64,000 nt of DNA from an uncultured virus (IMG/VR IMGVR_UViG_3300009154_000048) (lineage: Duplodnaviria; Heunggongvirae; Uroviricota; Caudoviricetes), in the IMG/VR virus record IMGVR_UViG_3300009154_000048, one strand, 5' to 3'. Below the pieces are notes generated by a model, which saw only the letters and a program-made list of their open reading frames with translations, was not told the DNA's origin and did no database searches. Of this stretch, positions 32,259-42,047 are shown piece after piece. The position numbers and the translations under genes were made by a program. Numbering within the stretch: the first letter of the stretch is position 1; every line of letters starts with the position of its first letter.

Positions 32259-32319
32259 CTCTTATTGATATATAAGAGTGCCGATCTTGTTTTTTGAAAA
32301 AACTACTACATGTTTTTAA

Positions 32320-32402
32320 AGCCAGCGGTCGGACTCGAACCGACAGTGAGTTTCCTCGCCTGATTACAAATCAGGGCCCTTGCCAATTAGGGGAACGCTG
32401 GC
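32320..32402 (-). tRNA. tRNA-Thr (TGT) with extended variable arm
   Basis: CCTGA-TTTGTAA-TCAGG; variable arm GAG-GAAA-CTC. Confidence 0.85.
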
Positions 32403-33204
32403 GTGCCTTATCTATTCTACCCCTTATTGAAATGGGTTGCAAGATAGGTCACGACTCCTACGCCAATGAGAAGTGGAAGTAGTTTTGTTCCTCCTCCGCC
32501 AATCGTTGCTAGGAACACGAGGATGATTATGGCCCATCCTCCAGTTCCGATGATGTCTTCAAATCCAAAAAAGCCTTTGTTCATTTAAATTTCCTCTGCT
32601 TCATAACCATCTGGGCTCTTTCTTTTCAGCTCTTCAAGGAGAAATTTTCCCAGTTCGCCTTGATCTCGGACTGCCCGCATGAAGATTGTCTTGATGCTGT
32701 GGGCTATAAGGACTTGGGGGGCTCCCTTCACAAGGAGTCTCTGGAGGGCCGCTGCTGAGGCGTAGAGGCACATTTTGTCCCAGTCACGTCGGAACTTGTC
32801 GAACTCTTCAACGGTCTCAAATCGACCGTGGCAAGCCCTACAGAGCCAGAAGTCATCGTCTCCCAGTTGGAAGTTCCAGCGGTCGGAACTTTGGACATCA
32901 GATTCATTGCACATCATGCAATGATCTATCTCGGGGATCTCGCCCAGGTACTCGCCTTCGTCGTGTTCTTGGCACATTTTTTATTTCCTTGTGAGATTGG
33001 ACCTACCCAAACACTACGACAGAACTTGCCAAATGCTTCCGAAATTTATTAATTGGCTGTTGACCAATAATAATTATTCCTAAGTTGTTTTGGCCAAAGG
33101 ACTTACGTCCTCCCCAAACTCCATTTGACGTAAGTATTTGTCAGCAAAGGACTTAGAGCAAAAGAGCAAAGGTTTGTTGACCTAAGTTCAATAACGACAA
33201 GTGT

Positions 33205-33708
33205 TTACTGAGCAGGGCTCCATTTTCCGTCTTGTAGTCGAATCCATTTCGCATCGTAGTCTTTTCGGCATGTGGCACGATGGTCGTACAGTCGGAAAGA
33301 GACCTTTCTTTCAGAGTCGGAAAGTTCCACATACCGAGATGTGTTGTCAGTTTCATCAAACAACTCGCCAGTCTGTTTGTTCTTCCACTGCTTCAAGTCC
33401 TTGTCGTAGAGGAACTCAATGCCTTTCTCGCCAAGCCAATGCTCCCGATGGACGATCTCTAGCATGACGCAAGAATCTTTGGGGCAATGTGGAAGATGTG
33501 GGTACAGAACTTGCGTGGACATGGTGAGCAAGCATTGCGGACACTGAAAATGAATCCGGTCTCTGACTGCGGGGAATGGAGAATCTTTCTCCACTCCGAC
33601 CGTCTCAGGGTCTACGAAAATCCGATCCCGTTTGGGCATCGGAATAATCTGCGCCTCTGCCAAGGGAGCAAAGGACACGAGAATTAGGAGAGCGATGAGT
33701 TTGTTCAT
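33205..33708 (-). CDS. Signal-peptide protein with CxxC
   Basis: MNKLIALLILVSFAPLAEA. Confidence 0.6.
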   Translation of the reverse strand: MNKLIALLILVSFAPLAEAQIIPMPKRDRIFVDPETVGVEKDSPFPAVRDRIHFQCPQCLLTMSTQVLYPHLPHCPKDSCVMLEIVHREHWLGEKGIEFLYDKDLKQWKNKQTGELFDETDNTSRYVELSDSERKVSFRLYDHRATCRKDYDAKWIRLQDGKWSPAQ

Positions 33709-33829
33709 TGGGCAACTCCTTCGTCACGTCAACTTGGCGGTTGAATTCCGCACCGATCTGCACACATTGACTAGGTACTTAGGCATTTTCCAACTCCTTG
33801 GGCAGTAATCAAGCCGAGACATAGTCACC

Positions 33830-34321
33830 TTAGGGAGCCGAAACACCATTATCGACTAAAAACCCCATGATTATTAGTTTGGCTTCCGTTACGGATCGGG
33901 CGAATCCACGGTCGTCGATACCTTCTTCCCATGTGGATTCGCAATAAATTCCATACTCTTCTTGAATGTCGTTGAATTCACCTTTATGGTTGTGGTCGCG
34001 AACACGGGAAGGCAATATGGAGAGCGAACCATTTTCCACGCTAATGTGAAGAAATGGCCCATCATTGACCGACACCAGATCGGCAATCTTTTTACCGTCC
34101 ACGACAAAATCTGCGATCTCGTCGATGAACTTCAAGATTTCGTCGAAGTTGCTCTTGGCTTTATTGTAGGATTCATCTTTCGCTTCTTGCTCACGACGCG
34201 CACGCTCTTCATGCTCTCGAATGCGCTCTTGCTCGGCACGGATGACCGCATCCCTTTGCTTGATTAACACACGAAGAGCCAACCTAGAATCGGAGATTTC
34301 CTCGACACTGATCTTGCTCAT
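33830..34321 (-). CDS. Hypothetical protein, 'V-x-NG' tail family
   Basis: Coiled coil; IMGFLVDNGV. Confidence 0.65.
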   Translation of the reverse strand: MSKISVEEISDSRLALRVLIKQRDAVIRAEQERIREHEERARREQEAKDESYNKAKSNFDEILKFIDEIADFVVDGKKIADLVSVNDGPFLHISVENGSLSILPSRVRDHNHKGEFNDIQEEYGIYCESTWEEGIDDRGFARSVTEAKLIIMGFLVDNGVSAP

Positions 34322-34331
34322 TTGTTTCCTT

Positions 34332-34805
34332 TCAGTTTGCCTTTGCTTCTTCTTCGACAACGACATTGGGGAGAAGTTCCGCACCGATCTGGGCGGTGGT
34401 GAGCACTGGCTCGGCCTTGCAGTCCACAAGGGTCTTTCCGGTACGGGTGGCTGGGGGAAGGGTGCCGAGATACTTCTTCTCGATCAGTTTCTTGGCCGCC
34501 TCCACATCCTTGGGCTTGGGCATAGTGGTCTTCCCCTTGGCCCCGGCCAGAAGTGCCGCCTCCATTGCCGCACGCATCTTCTCCAAGGCGATCTCACGGG
34601 TCGCCCCAAGATGAGGGATGAGGAACTCCAGCGTCGCCAGCAGCGAAACGCTGGTCGTAGGTTTGTATTCCTCGTCCTCGAGCTTGACGATGGTGCCGGT
34701 GATGCGGAGCGAGACCACCTCGTCCACCGTGTACTCACCGGGAAGCAGATCGCCGCAGAGATCCTCGTAGATGCTGACCAGAGCCGTCGCAACGACATTG
34801 TTCAT
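34332..34805 (-). CDS. Hypothetical protein
   Basis: ORF with RBS and cassette motif. Confidence 0.65.
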   Translation of the reverse strand: MNNVVATALVSIYEDLCGDLLPGEYTVDEVVSLRITGTIVKLEDEEYKPTTSVSLLATLEFLIPHLGATREIALEKMRAAMEAALLAGAKGKTTMPKPKDVEAAKKLIEKKYLGTLPPATRTGKTLVDCKAEPVLTTAQIGAELLPNVVVEEEAKAN

Positions 34806-34860
34806 TTTCTGTTCCTTCGGGGTTGGGTTGATGTTTTTATAACTATCTGGTTTTGAAAAA

Positions 34861-35424
34861 TCAGGACTCTTCTGGGATGAATCCTATAATCACACATTTT
34901 TTGATTAGATCCAAGGGAACAGCCAATTTTCCTATTACATGTCCGCCTTCACAAGGGTTGTCAATTGCGACGTGTCCTTTCTTGGATTGCAAGACTTGGC
35001 AGTGGACAATGCCTTCCTTATTTTTTAAGGTCTCAAGACCGATCTGTTTGCAAAACTTTTCACATTCTTTCTTGTAGGCGTGCATGCGGTTATCTATTTC
35101 GTCATAAAGATTTTGGGTCTCTTCTGAGATAGGTTCGTCGCCTTCCTCATCGCCTTCATCTGATTTGTCTGGGCCAATAATAGGAATGACTTCGTACGCC
35201 TTGCACCATCTCAAGAAACGCCTCAAGAAGATCTTCTGGCCCGGGTAGATGGCCAGATGCTCTTTATTGAAAGCGTCTCCGGCTTCCTTAACGATTTTAT
35301 CTCTATTAATTCCAAACTGGTCAGAAAGCATCCAGTAAAACTTCATGACGATTTCGTTTTCTGTTGCGCGAAAGAATTTTGTGAGGATTTCAAGATCATC
35401 AGTCGCGAGTTGCGAAGTGGTCAT
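34861..35424 (-). CDS. LVLG-tail paralog (long form)
   Basis: I.NP...VPLDLIKKCVIIGFIP. Confidence 0.6.
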   Translation of the reverse strand: MTTSQLATDDLEILTKFFRATENEIVMKFYWMLSDQFGINRDKIVKEAGDAFNKEHLAIYPGQKIFLRRFLRWCKAYEVIPIIGPDKSDEGDEEGDEPISEETQNLYDEIDNRMHAYKKECEKFCKQIGLETLKNKEGIVHCQVLQSKKGHVAIDNPCEGGHVIGKLAVPLDLIKKCVIIGFIPEES

Positions 35425-35463
35425 ATTTTTTCCTTTGTTTTAGAACTATCTGGGATCGAAAAA

Positions 35464-36528
35464 TCAGGAGACCCTTGCTGAAGAATTTCCCGTCTTGTTC
35501 GGGTCGGAGTCGCAAGCGTCAATGTACTTCTTGATGAGTGTATCGTTCGGCAACTCAAAACTCTTCATAACGAGGTAGGCGTGAATCTGCTCGGGCAGAC
35601 GGACTGGTGCGAACGCACGGATCACGCTGAAAGCGTACCTTACAGCGGCGTTGTGATCCTTCATCAATCCAATCTCAATTTCCTCTGGGAGACGGCCACG
35701 GACGATCTCTTCCGCGTACTTGACGCAGTAGTCCGGGCCGTTTACCAACTTCGCCTCAAGTTCCGGTGGTAGACGGCCGCGAAGGACGTTACGAGCGTAA
35801 TTGTAGCAGCACGATGGTTCGCTCAGTGTCTTTTCCAGATGCTCGGGCAGTCGGCCACCGATGATGGAGGCCAATTCGATGAGGCGGTGGCTGTCTCCGG
35901 CAAGTTCGTCCCGGAGTTCAGCATCCATTGGCATTCCATTCATCCGTAGCCACTTGCCGTACTCAATGATGGCCGAGTGATTGTGCTTCAAGACTTGCTT
36001 CAACTTATCCCTCAACACCCCGGTCGCGTTAGCGTACTTGGGAAGTTGAGTGGCAATGTAGTCGCCGTCGTGCTTCTCGTTGGGCGTGAAAACTTTGTTT
36101 TCGATGTGTTCGGGCAACGCAATTCGGATGAACTGGCAGTATGAGACGCAGTAACTTGGGTGCGAAAGAGTATCTTCCAAACGGCTCGGGAGCCGGGATC
36201 GGACGATATCCTTTGCATACTTCAAAAGGCTTTCGTCATCACCCTTGAGTTCGTCTTCAAGTTCCGAAGGAATCTCAACGTTACGCATTTTGAGCGTACC
36301 AAGGTATGAAAGCAAGGCCTTGCGATTCACCTTGAGCAAATCTTCCAAGGCCTTGTCCAACTTACCAACCATGGTTGCATAGTTGGAAACATTGGATGCC
36401 AAGTTAGACGGATTTTCCTTGCCGCTAAAGAAGCACTTCTCGTTCTCAGCGGGAAGGCGTTCCTTGACGTAGTTGAGTTGGCAGAAGGTGACCAGACGGC
36501 GGGTGCTACGGAACTTGGGGATGTACAT
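35464..36528 (-). CDS. Helical-repeat protein (YA..V..GRLP repeats)
   Basis: Several YA.x.V/I.RGRLP.E.E units; paralog of 37729..38391. Confidence 0.75.
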   Translation of the reverse strand: MYIPKFRSTRRLVTFCQLNYVKERLPAENEKCFFSGKENPSNLASNVSNYATMVGKLDKALEDLLKVNRKALLSYLGTLKMRNVEIPSELEDELKGDDESLLKYAKDIVRSRLPSRLEDTLSHPSYCVSYCQFIRIALPEHIENKVFTPNEKHDGDYIATQLPKYANATGVLRDKLKQVLKHNHSAIIEYGKWLRMNGMPMDAELRDELAGDSHRLIELASIIGGRLPEHLEKTLSEPSCCYNYARNVLRGRLPPELEAKLVNGPDYCVKYAEEIVRGRLPEEIEIGLMKDHNAAVRYAFSVIRAFAPVRLPEQIHAYLVMKSFELPNDTLIKKYIDACDSDPNKTGNSSARVS

Positions 36529-36571
36529 TGTTTTTCTCCTTGTGTTGTTTCAACCATCCAAGAAAAGAAAA

Positions 36572-37207
36572 TCAAAGCCGCTCTAAAATTTTTGTAATCG
36601 GCTCGTTTTCGTCGATCCCTTCCAGACTCATGATCTGGACAAGGAGGTCTTTGCACTTTCTCTTGTTCTCGGCCAACTTCTTGATGAAATCGCTGCCGAT
36701 CCTACCTCGTCTGCCCCTTTCGAAGCCCGCGATCATGGTGATCTCGGTCATGTTTTCGGGCATGATCTCCCACTTGCCGCAGTAGATGATGAGGGCGTTC
36801 ATCCTACTTTTCTTGCCCTTGCACTTCTCCATGAATTCCCGCTCGACGGCGGGATCCAGCCGGGATCGCTTATATCTGATGCTGTAGTGGGCGGCGTCCA
36901 GTGTGCTACGAGACACAAGAAGCCCTTCAACTTCGGCGTCCGTCATCTCACAAAATTTAGTCATGATCTCTGCGGACTGATCCGCAAAGGGCTTGTCCTC
37001 GGCACTTATGTTATTTTGCCAACCCCCAGCGAGGGTTCTTGTTGCCAACCCCCAGCGAGGGTTCTTGCCCGTGAGTTCCTTAAAAACTGGAGTCAAGAAC
37101 CAAGCGTTATTGATGTAGGTCTTGAAGTCATTACGAGAGCGGCTATACCTCCATCGGTAATGAGCCATCGTGTAAAGCGTCTTGGCGGGCAGAGTTTTGA
37201 AGTCCAT
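36572..37207 (-). CDS. Hypothetical protein, distant member of the repeat family
   Basis: MDFK start; contains a 26-bp tandem duplication. Confidence 0.6.
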   Translation of the reverse strand: MDFKTLPAKTLYTMAHYRWRYSRSRNDFKTYINNAWFLTPVFKELTGKNPRWGLATRTLAGGWQNNISAEDKPFADQSAEIMTKFCEMTDAEVEGLLVSRSTLDAAHYSIRYKRSRLDPAVEREFMEKCKGKKSRMNALIIYCGKWEIMPENMTEITMIAGFERGRRGRIGSDFIKKLAENKRKCKDLLVQIMSLEGIDENEPITKILERL

Positions 37208-37728
37208 CGTTTTCTCCTTTGATACTTCAACCATCTGGACTGAGAAAATCAGGAACTTCCTTAACGATCAATTAGTTCCCAATGATCATCGTACCCAGGA
37301 AGCCAGATCTCGTGGTTTCCATACTCGTTGATGTAGTCTTCCTCCACAATAAACTTGTTGTCGTCCAGCCATTGCTTGATATAATTGTACTGGGGGATTA
37401 AATCTTCCGGCTTGGAAAGGCTGCGCCAGCCTCGCTTTAGCTCGAGCTTGGAATAGATGTCGTATATTTCTCTAATCTTGGAGAACCACATCTTCTTGAC
37501 GACGGCCCCGATAACCTTCTTTTCTTTCTTAGTTTTCTTCTGTTCTTCCATATCGATCAAAAGACCCACAATTTCGTGGAAGCCGTCTTCGAGACGAGTC
37601 TTCACAAAATCATTCAGAACCTCTTCGGTCAGTTCCGAAGTTCGCTTCTTGGCGATAGCCTTCGTCTTCTTGTTTCCGGTCTTCTTAATCAATTGCTTGA
37701 AAGATTTTGCCATTTTGTTCTCCATGTG

Positions 37729-38391
37729 TCAGGACTTGACGGACAAATTGCCCGTCTTGCTCGGATCGTTCTCACTCGCCTCGATATATGACTTGACGTA
37801 CTTGTTCTCTGGGTCTTCAAAACTCTTCATCACCATGAAGTTGTGAAGTTCCTCGGGCAAACGCACAGAAGAAAATCCCCGGATCACCTCGAAAGCGTAC
37901 CTACTGGCAATGTAGGAGTCCTTGAAGAACACGCTCTCCAAGTGAGATGGAAGACGACCCTTCAAAACTTCCTTGCTATAAGTAAAGCAGAACCTAGGGT
38001 CGTCCATAGAATCTTCTAAATGAGTCGGCAGCCTTCCGGTCGTCTTGGCCCAACTCAAAAGTTGAGGGCTTTTCCCCTTCAACGAATCCAGCAAATCCTC
38101 GCTGATCGTTTCTTCAAAGTGCTTCATAGTATTCAAGTACCTCAAGGTCGCTCCGGCGTCAGCCTTGAGAAGTTGCTCGAACTTCTCTTCGAGTCTTCCC
38201 GTCCGAAGAGCGTACTCGGCCAAATTGCAAGCAATGACAGTCGGATTTTCCTTGCTCGTGAAGAAGACCTCTTCTCTCTCGGCTGGAAGCCTCGCCCGAT
38301 TCGTTTCGGGTTGGCGGAGGTGAGTCCAGTTGTTCCTCATCCAGAGAACAAGGCGCGTGGTGCTGCGGAATTTGGGTATTTTGAAGTCCAT
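37729..38391 (-). CDS. Helical-repeat protein, paralog of 35464..36528
   Basis: IPKFRST.RLV, RLP.HLE, VMKSFE, DP.KTGN shared. Confidence 0.75.
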   Translation of the reverse strand: MDFKIPKFRSTTRLVLWMRNNWTHLRQPETNRARLPAEREEVFFTSKENPTVIACNLAEYALRTGRLEEKFEQLLKADAGATLRYLNTMKHFEETISEDLLDSLKGKSPQLLSWAKTTGRLPTHLEDSMDDPRFCFTYSKEVLKGRLPSHLESVFFKDSYIASRYAFEVIRGFSSVRLPEELHNFMVMKSFEDPENKYVKSYIEASENDPSKTGNLSVKS

Positions 38392-38434
38392 GGTTTTGTC
38401 CCTTTCTTCTTCTATACCATCCGGGCAATTGTTT

Positions 38435-38971
38435 TCAGGAAGTGTATTTGATGTACTCGCTGAGATATTTTTTGCTGTTTGGACTCATTTCCTCGTAACT
38501 CTTGAGAAGAATCATGTTGTGGATCCTCTCTGGAAACTTGCCCTTAATGACAAAATAAGCGTAATTCCGCATTGAATACGTGTTCTTCAAGAACACTTCT
38601 TCCTCGACTTCAGACAGTCTTCCGAAGGTTTGTGCCCACGCCAAGGCGATCTGAGGGTCTCTCAAAACCTTCTTCCAGAACTTTTTCTGGGTCTCGGGGT
38701 CGGAGAACGCTTTCTTTTTAATGCGGATTAAATATCGTACACCTAGACCCGGATTCTTGAGGAAGACCTTCTCGGCATCTGTGCTAATGCCGTCCTTCAT
38801 TACGAGGCCCGTGTATTTGAGGGCGCTGCTGGGCGTTCTACAAGTTACCTTCTCGATCTCGTCCTCGTGAGTCGGATGCCACGAATTATGGCTCTTGAGG
38901 CTGTAAAGCAAATAAATGAGGCCCTTTGCGTCGCCCGCATAATTGCCCAAATCAATAGTGAGTTCCATCAT
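38435..38971 (-). CDS. Helical-repeat family protein
   Basis: YAYFVIKGKFPERIHN.I.LKSYE. Confidence 0.7.
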   Translation of the reverse strand: MMELTIDLGNYAGDAKGLIYLLYSLKSHNSWHPTHEDEIEKVTCRTPSSALKYTGLVMKDGISTDAEKVFLKNPGLGVRYLIRIKKKAFSDPETQKKFWKKVLRDPQIALAWAQTFGRLSEVEEEVFLKNTYSMRNYAYFVIKGKFPERIHNMILLKSYEEMSPNSKKYLSEYIKYTS

Positions 38972-39243
38972 TCCTCCGTACAGAAGTCTTTGAGGTACAT
39001 ACTCACAAACTGTCTGGCATCAGTTTTTTCAAAACAATTTATGACGAGGGCGTTATGCACGAACTCGGACAGAGGACCCTTCACCACATGCTTTGCGTAA
39101 AGATAGGCACTATGGGGGTCTTTTGCAAAGACCTCTTCTATTTTCTCGGGCAGCCGGCCCTTCAAGATGTTACGGGCATAGAGGAAGGCGTAGTAAGGGC
39201 GTGCCTTGAGCCTTCGTGCGATTTGGGGGCTGATTTTTGACAT
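38968..39243 (-). CDS. Helical-repeat family protein (short)
   Basis: YARNILKGRLPEKIE, YAKHVVKG. Confidence 0.65.
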   Translation of the reverse strand: MSKISPQIARRLKARPYYAFLYARNILKGRLPEKIEEVFAKDPHSAYLYAKHVVKGPLSEFVHNALVINCFEKTDARQFVSMYLKDFCTEE

Positions 39244-39737
39244 TCCTTGAAATACCTTTTTATCCACGGATCTTCAGGGCGTTCATAACTCCACATGACC
39301 ATCGCACTGTGGAGAACGTCTGACGTATAACCGTCCAGACTCAAAAAAACAATCCACATTGGATCAGAAAGAAGTTCTTCTTCCGTCCAATCGTCCCAAG
39401 GCTTCTTGACCTTGTTGACGAAATTACTCAACCTATTAGGAAATGTTCCTGGAACCCAGCGTCGCCCTGGATATTCCATACGCTCGGATGTGATATTAAT
39501 TGAAGGAATGTCGGCCCCATCTCTGTGCTCGACTTCCAAGAAGTAGTAGTGGTCTTCGTCTTGGAAGTTCCACTCCTTCTTATGAATTAAAACCCCGTCA
39601 CCCTCAACCGACCAACTCACAGGCGTGCCGAAGAAATCCTCGGCGACCTCAAATAAAATTTCACTCTCTCTGTACTTGGGGGACAACTTGAAAGGACTCA
39701 TCCTCTATAAGAGGATGATCCTTGAAGTATTTTTTAG

Positions 39738-39810
39738 TGGAAGCGGTGGGGTACGATCCCACAACCAATGGATTAAAAGTCCACTGCGCTACCAATTGCG
39801 CCACGCTTCC
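39738..39810 (-). tRNA. tRNA-Lys (TTT)
   Basis: GTGGA-CTTTTAA-TCCAT. Confidence 0.9.
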
Positions 39811-39820
39811 AAAATCAAAA

Positions 39821-39905
39821 AAAATAGCGGCGGGAAGGTTTCATCTCGGGCTAAGATGGTGGTGAAATGCCATCAACCGAGATTCGTCTCTCCCGCCGCT
39901 ATTTT
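39821..39905. ncRNA. Long intergenic stem-loop (candidate structured RNA or terminator)
   Basis: AAAATAGCGGCGGGA/TCCCGCCGCTATTTT enclosing ATCTCGG/CCGAGAT and GATGG/CCATC stems. Confidence 0.4.
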
Positions 39906-40188
39906 GAAGTCTCGCATTATAATTATTCGCCGGTTCCCCACAATGCGGGAACCGTAGTTCACCACTCAATCAATTATCGACTAACCCTACACTTCCCGTT
40001 AGGACAGTAGGGAGGTGTCACTACTCGGACGGTCTCTCGGGTGACATTACGAACGGTCGTAACAGTGCCGTTGGTGACCTTCCGAATTCCGCACTTACCG
40101 TTCTTGCACTCGGCTGCATGGGCTTGGGAGCAGAACAGAATTGCGGCACAGATTATCATAGTACGCATAGTAGGACTCCTAGGGTGTT

Positions 40189-40554
40189 TCAACGCCACGA
40201 ACGAACACGATACCAACGGCCATTGCTACCTTGAGCACTGGCGTCGCCCGTGAGGCTCATGTTGCCGCTCGGGGTACAAGTGTTGCAGTTAGGTGACGAA
40301 CCATAACCAACACCCTCGAAACTGCCGATGCAACTCCAGACATGACCCGTGATGTTGTTGGCAGCCATATAATTGGCCTCGGCCTGACAACGTTCCTGGT
40401 CACTGCCACCCGCTCCATTATTGGAGGTGTAGGAGTAAGTCTTCGTCGGCTGGGAATAGCTCGGTGTCGAATATGTATAGCCACGCCTTGGCTTGGCATG
40501 AGCAACACCACTCAACACCACACAGAACGCCAGTGCAACGATTGCACTCTTCAT
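40189..40554 (-). CDS. Secreted Cys-containing protein
   Basis: Signal peptide; FEGVG, C.TC.P, GDASA...WY.VR.W. Confidence 0.7.
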   Translation of the reverse strand: MKSAIVALAFCVVLSGVAHAKPRRGYTYSTPSYSQPTKTYSYTSNNGAGGSDQERCQAEANYMAANNITGHVWSCIGSFEGVGYGSSPNCNTCTPSGNMSLTGDASAQGSNGRWYRVRSWR

Positions 40555-40661
40555 AAAGCCTCCTTGAAAATGGGGCGGATGGCATGATCCAACCCGGTCC
40601 TATCAAAACACCACATGCCTGGATTTTTACTTATACAAACCTATCCGCAATAAGTCAAGAC

Positions 40662-40994
40662 TTAGATGAAGCCAAGAATTACCACTTTCTCTGCGACATC
40701 TGTGGGAACAACCAACCCAGCAGAATGGAGAAGGCCCGGAAAATCCGCCCGCCAACATGGGTTCTTGAGCAATCTCGAAACGCTAGGCACTATTTTGCCT
40801 TGGCTTTTACAAAATTTCTTTCTATCTTGATCTAGCCAAAATGGCTTGCCCGGGCGCCCGATGGAGAACTTCCAACAAATTTTGATTCCATGCGCATTCA
40901 AGAATGAATGAGCCTCTTCTTCACAAGAAAAGCCGCTGATTTTTTCGCCGACTACGCTGACGAGTTTCGTTTGAGCCTCAAAAGACCACCTCAT
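40662..40994 (-). CDS. LVLG-tail paralog family member
   Basis: MRW...; VPTDVAEKVVILGFI. Confidence 0.7.
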   Translation of the reverse strand: MRWSFEAQTKLVSVVGEKISGFSCEEEAHSFLNAHGIKICWKFSIGRPGKPFWLDQDRKKFCKSQGKIVPSVSRLLKNPCWRADFPGLLHSAGLVVPTDVAEKVVILGFI

Positions 40995-41223
40995 AGTTCT
41001 CTCCTTGGGGATAACACAATACCGTCCGGGATCGCGTTTTCAGGAACCAGAAAGAACAAATTTGCTGATCTCGGGGCACCAGTCATTGAACTCGTAAGGT
41101 TCAATAAAAACCTTTTTGGGCGTCCTCGTCCAGCGGTTTTCGCTCAAGAGTTTCTGCAAATAAAACATGGCGGATGTTTCTTCTTGAAACACCCCCTCGA
41201 TCTTCTTGTGGTTGCTACCGTTC

Positions 41224-41514
41224 TTAGACATGACGATGTAGATCATCAGCCCCCTCTAGACTAGGTCTTGCCCAGAGGGCACGACCAAGAGCGATCTTCA
41301 CGCCCATGCGGCGGTTGAAATTGTCCTTGGACGAACAAAGAGCGACGCCTTCAAGTTCTTCCCCATCTGGGGTGCGGACTTGCACAACAGTCATCCCTCC
41401 CCGTTCAGAGACCGTCTGAACCAAGCCGCCGTCCATCCTCTGCATGGTCTTCCCTCGGCGGGAATGGATCACACGAACCTTGTAGCCGCTCTTTCTGAGT
41501 TGTTCTACATTCAT
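41224..41514 (-). CDS. Conserved phage hypothetical protein
   Basis: G.A.CS..DNFNR..G..IAL.RA motif. Confidence 0.65.
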   Translation of the reverse strand: MNVEQLRKSGYKVRVIHSRRGKTMQRMDGGLVQTVSERGGMTVVQVRTPDGEELEGVALCSSKDNFNRRMGVKIALGRALWARPSLEGADDLHRHV

Positions 41515-41601
41515 CTTATTTTCCCTTATGTGATCCAAGAACATCCAGAAGTAACCCAAAAGCACACAGCAGATGATCGTCTCATGTAAAAAAATCATCT
41601 A

Positions 41602-41862
41602 CTACTCAACAATCAGACTATCAATAAGTTTGTTGAGCCCCTCGACATCGGTCGAGCCCTTACGCTTTTTATTCAACTCGGGAAGTTTCACGCCCTCCTC
41701 GACGAGCGTCTTGCTCTTAGAGGCGACGCCGGCTTGGGTGCAACCAAGAATCTCAGCAACATCACTCTGGCTTCCACCGTTATTGTAAACGGTCATCCAA
41801 GCCCTAATGAAATCTTCCTTGTTGATCCTCGGACGCTTGATCTCTTTCTTCGTCGTTTCCAT
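41602..41862 (-). CDS. HTH DNA-binding protein
   Basis: SQSDVAEILGCTQAGV. Confidence 0.7.
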   Translation of the reverse strand: METTKKEIKRPRINKEDFIRAWMTVYNNGGSQSDVAEILGCTQAGVASKSKTLVEEGVKLPELNKKRKGSTDVEGLNKLIDSLIVE

Positions 41863-42047
41863 TTTTCATTCTCCTTGTTGTTGAGTAACTATCCAATCAA
41901 ATAAAATCAATCGCACTACGCCTTCTTCTTGGCTTGTTTGGGAACGGGATGTCCCGCCGCCAGTTCAACAAACCAATGAATCATCCGCTCTAATTTCTTT
42001 TCGGATGGCTTCTTAGTTTTGACAGATTTGGTCATGCTGCCGCCTCC

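Noticed and set aside
30132..39957. ORFs or ORF extensions overlapping tRNAs (30132 and 30196 starts, 32294..32482, 39625..39957)
   Set aside because: They overlap clear tRNA cloverleafs.
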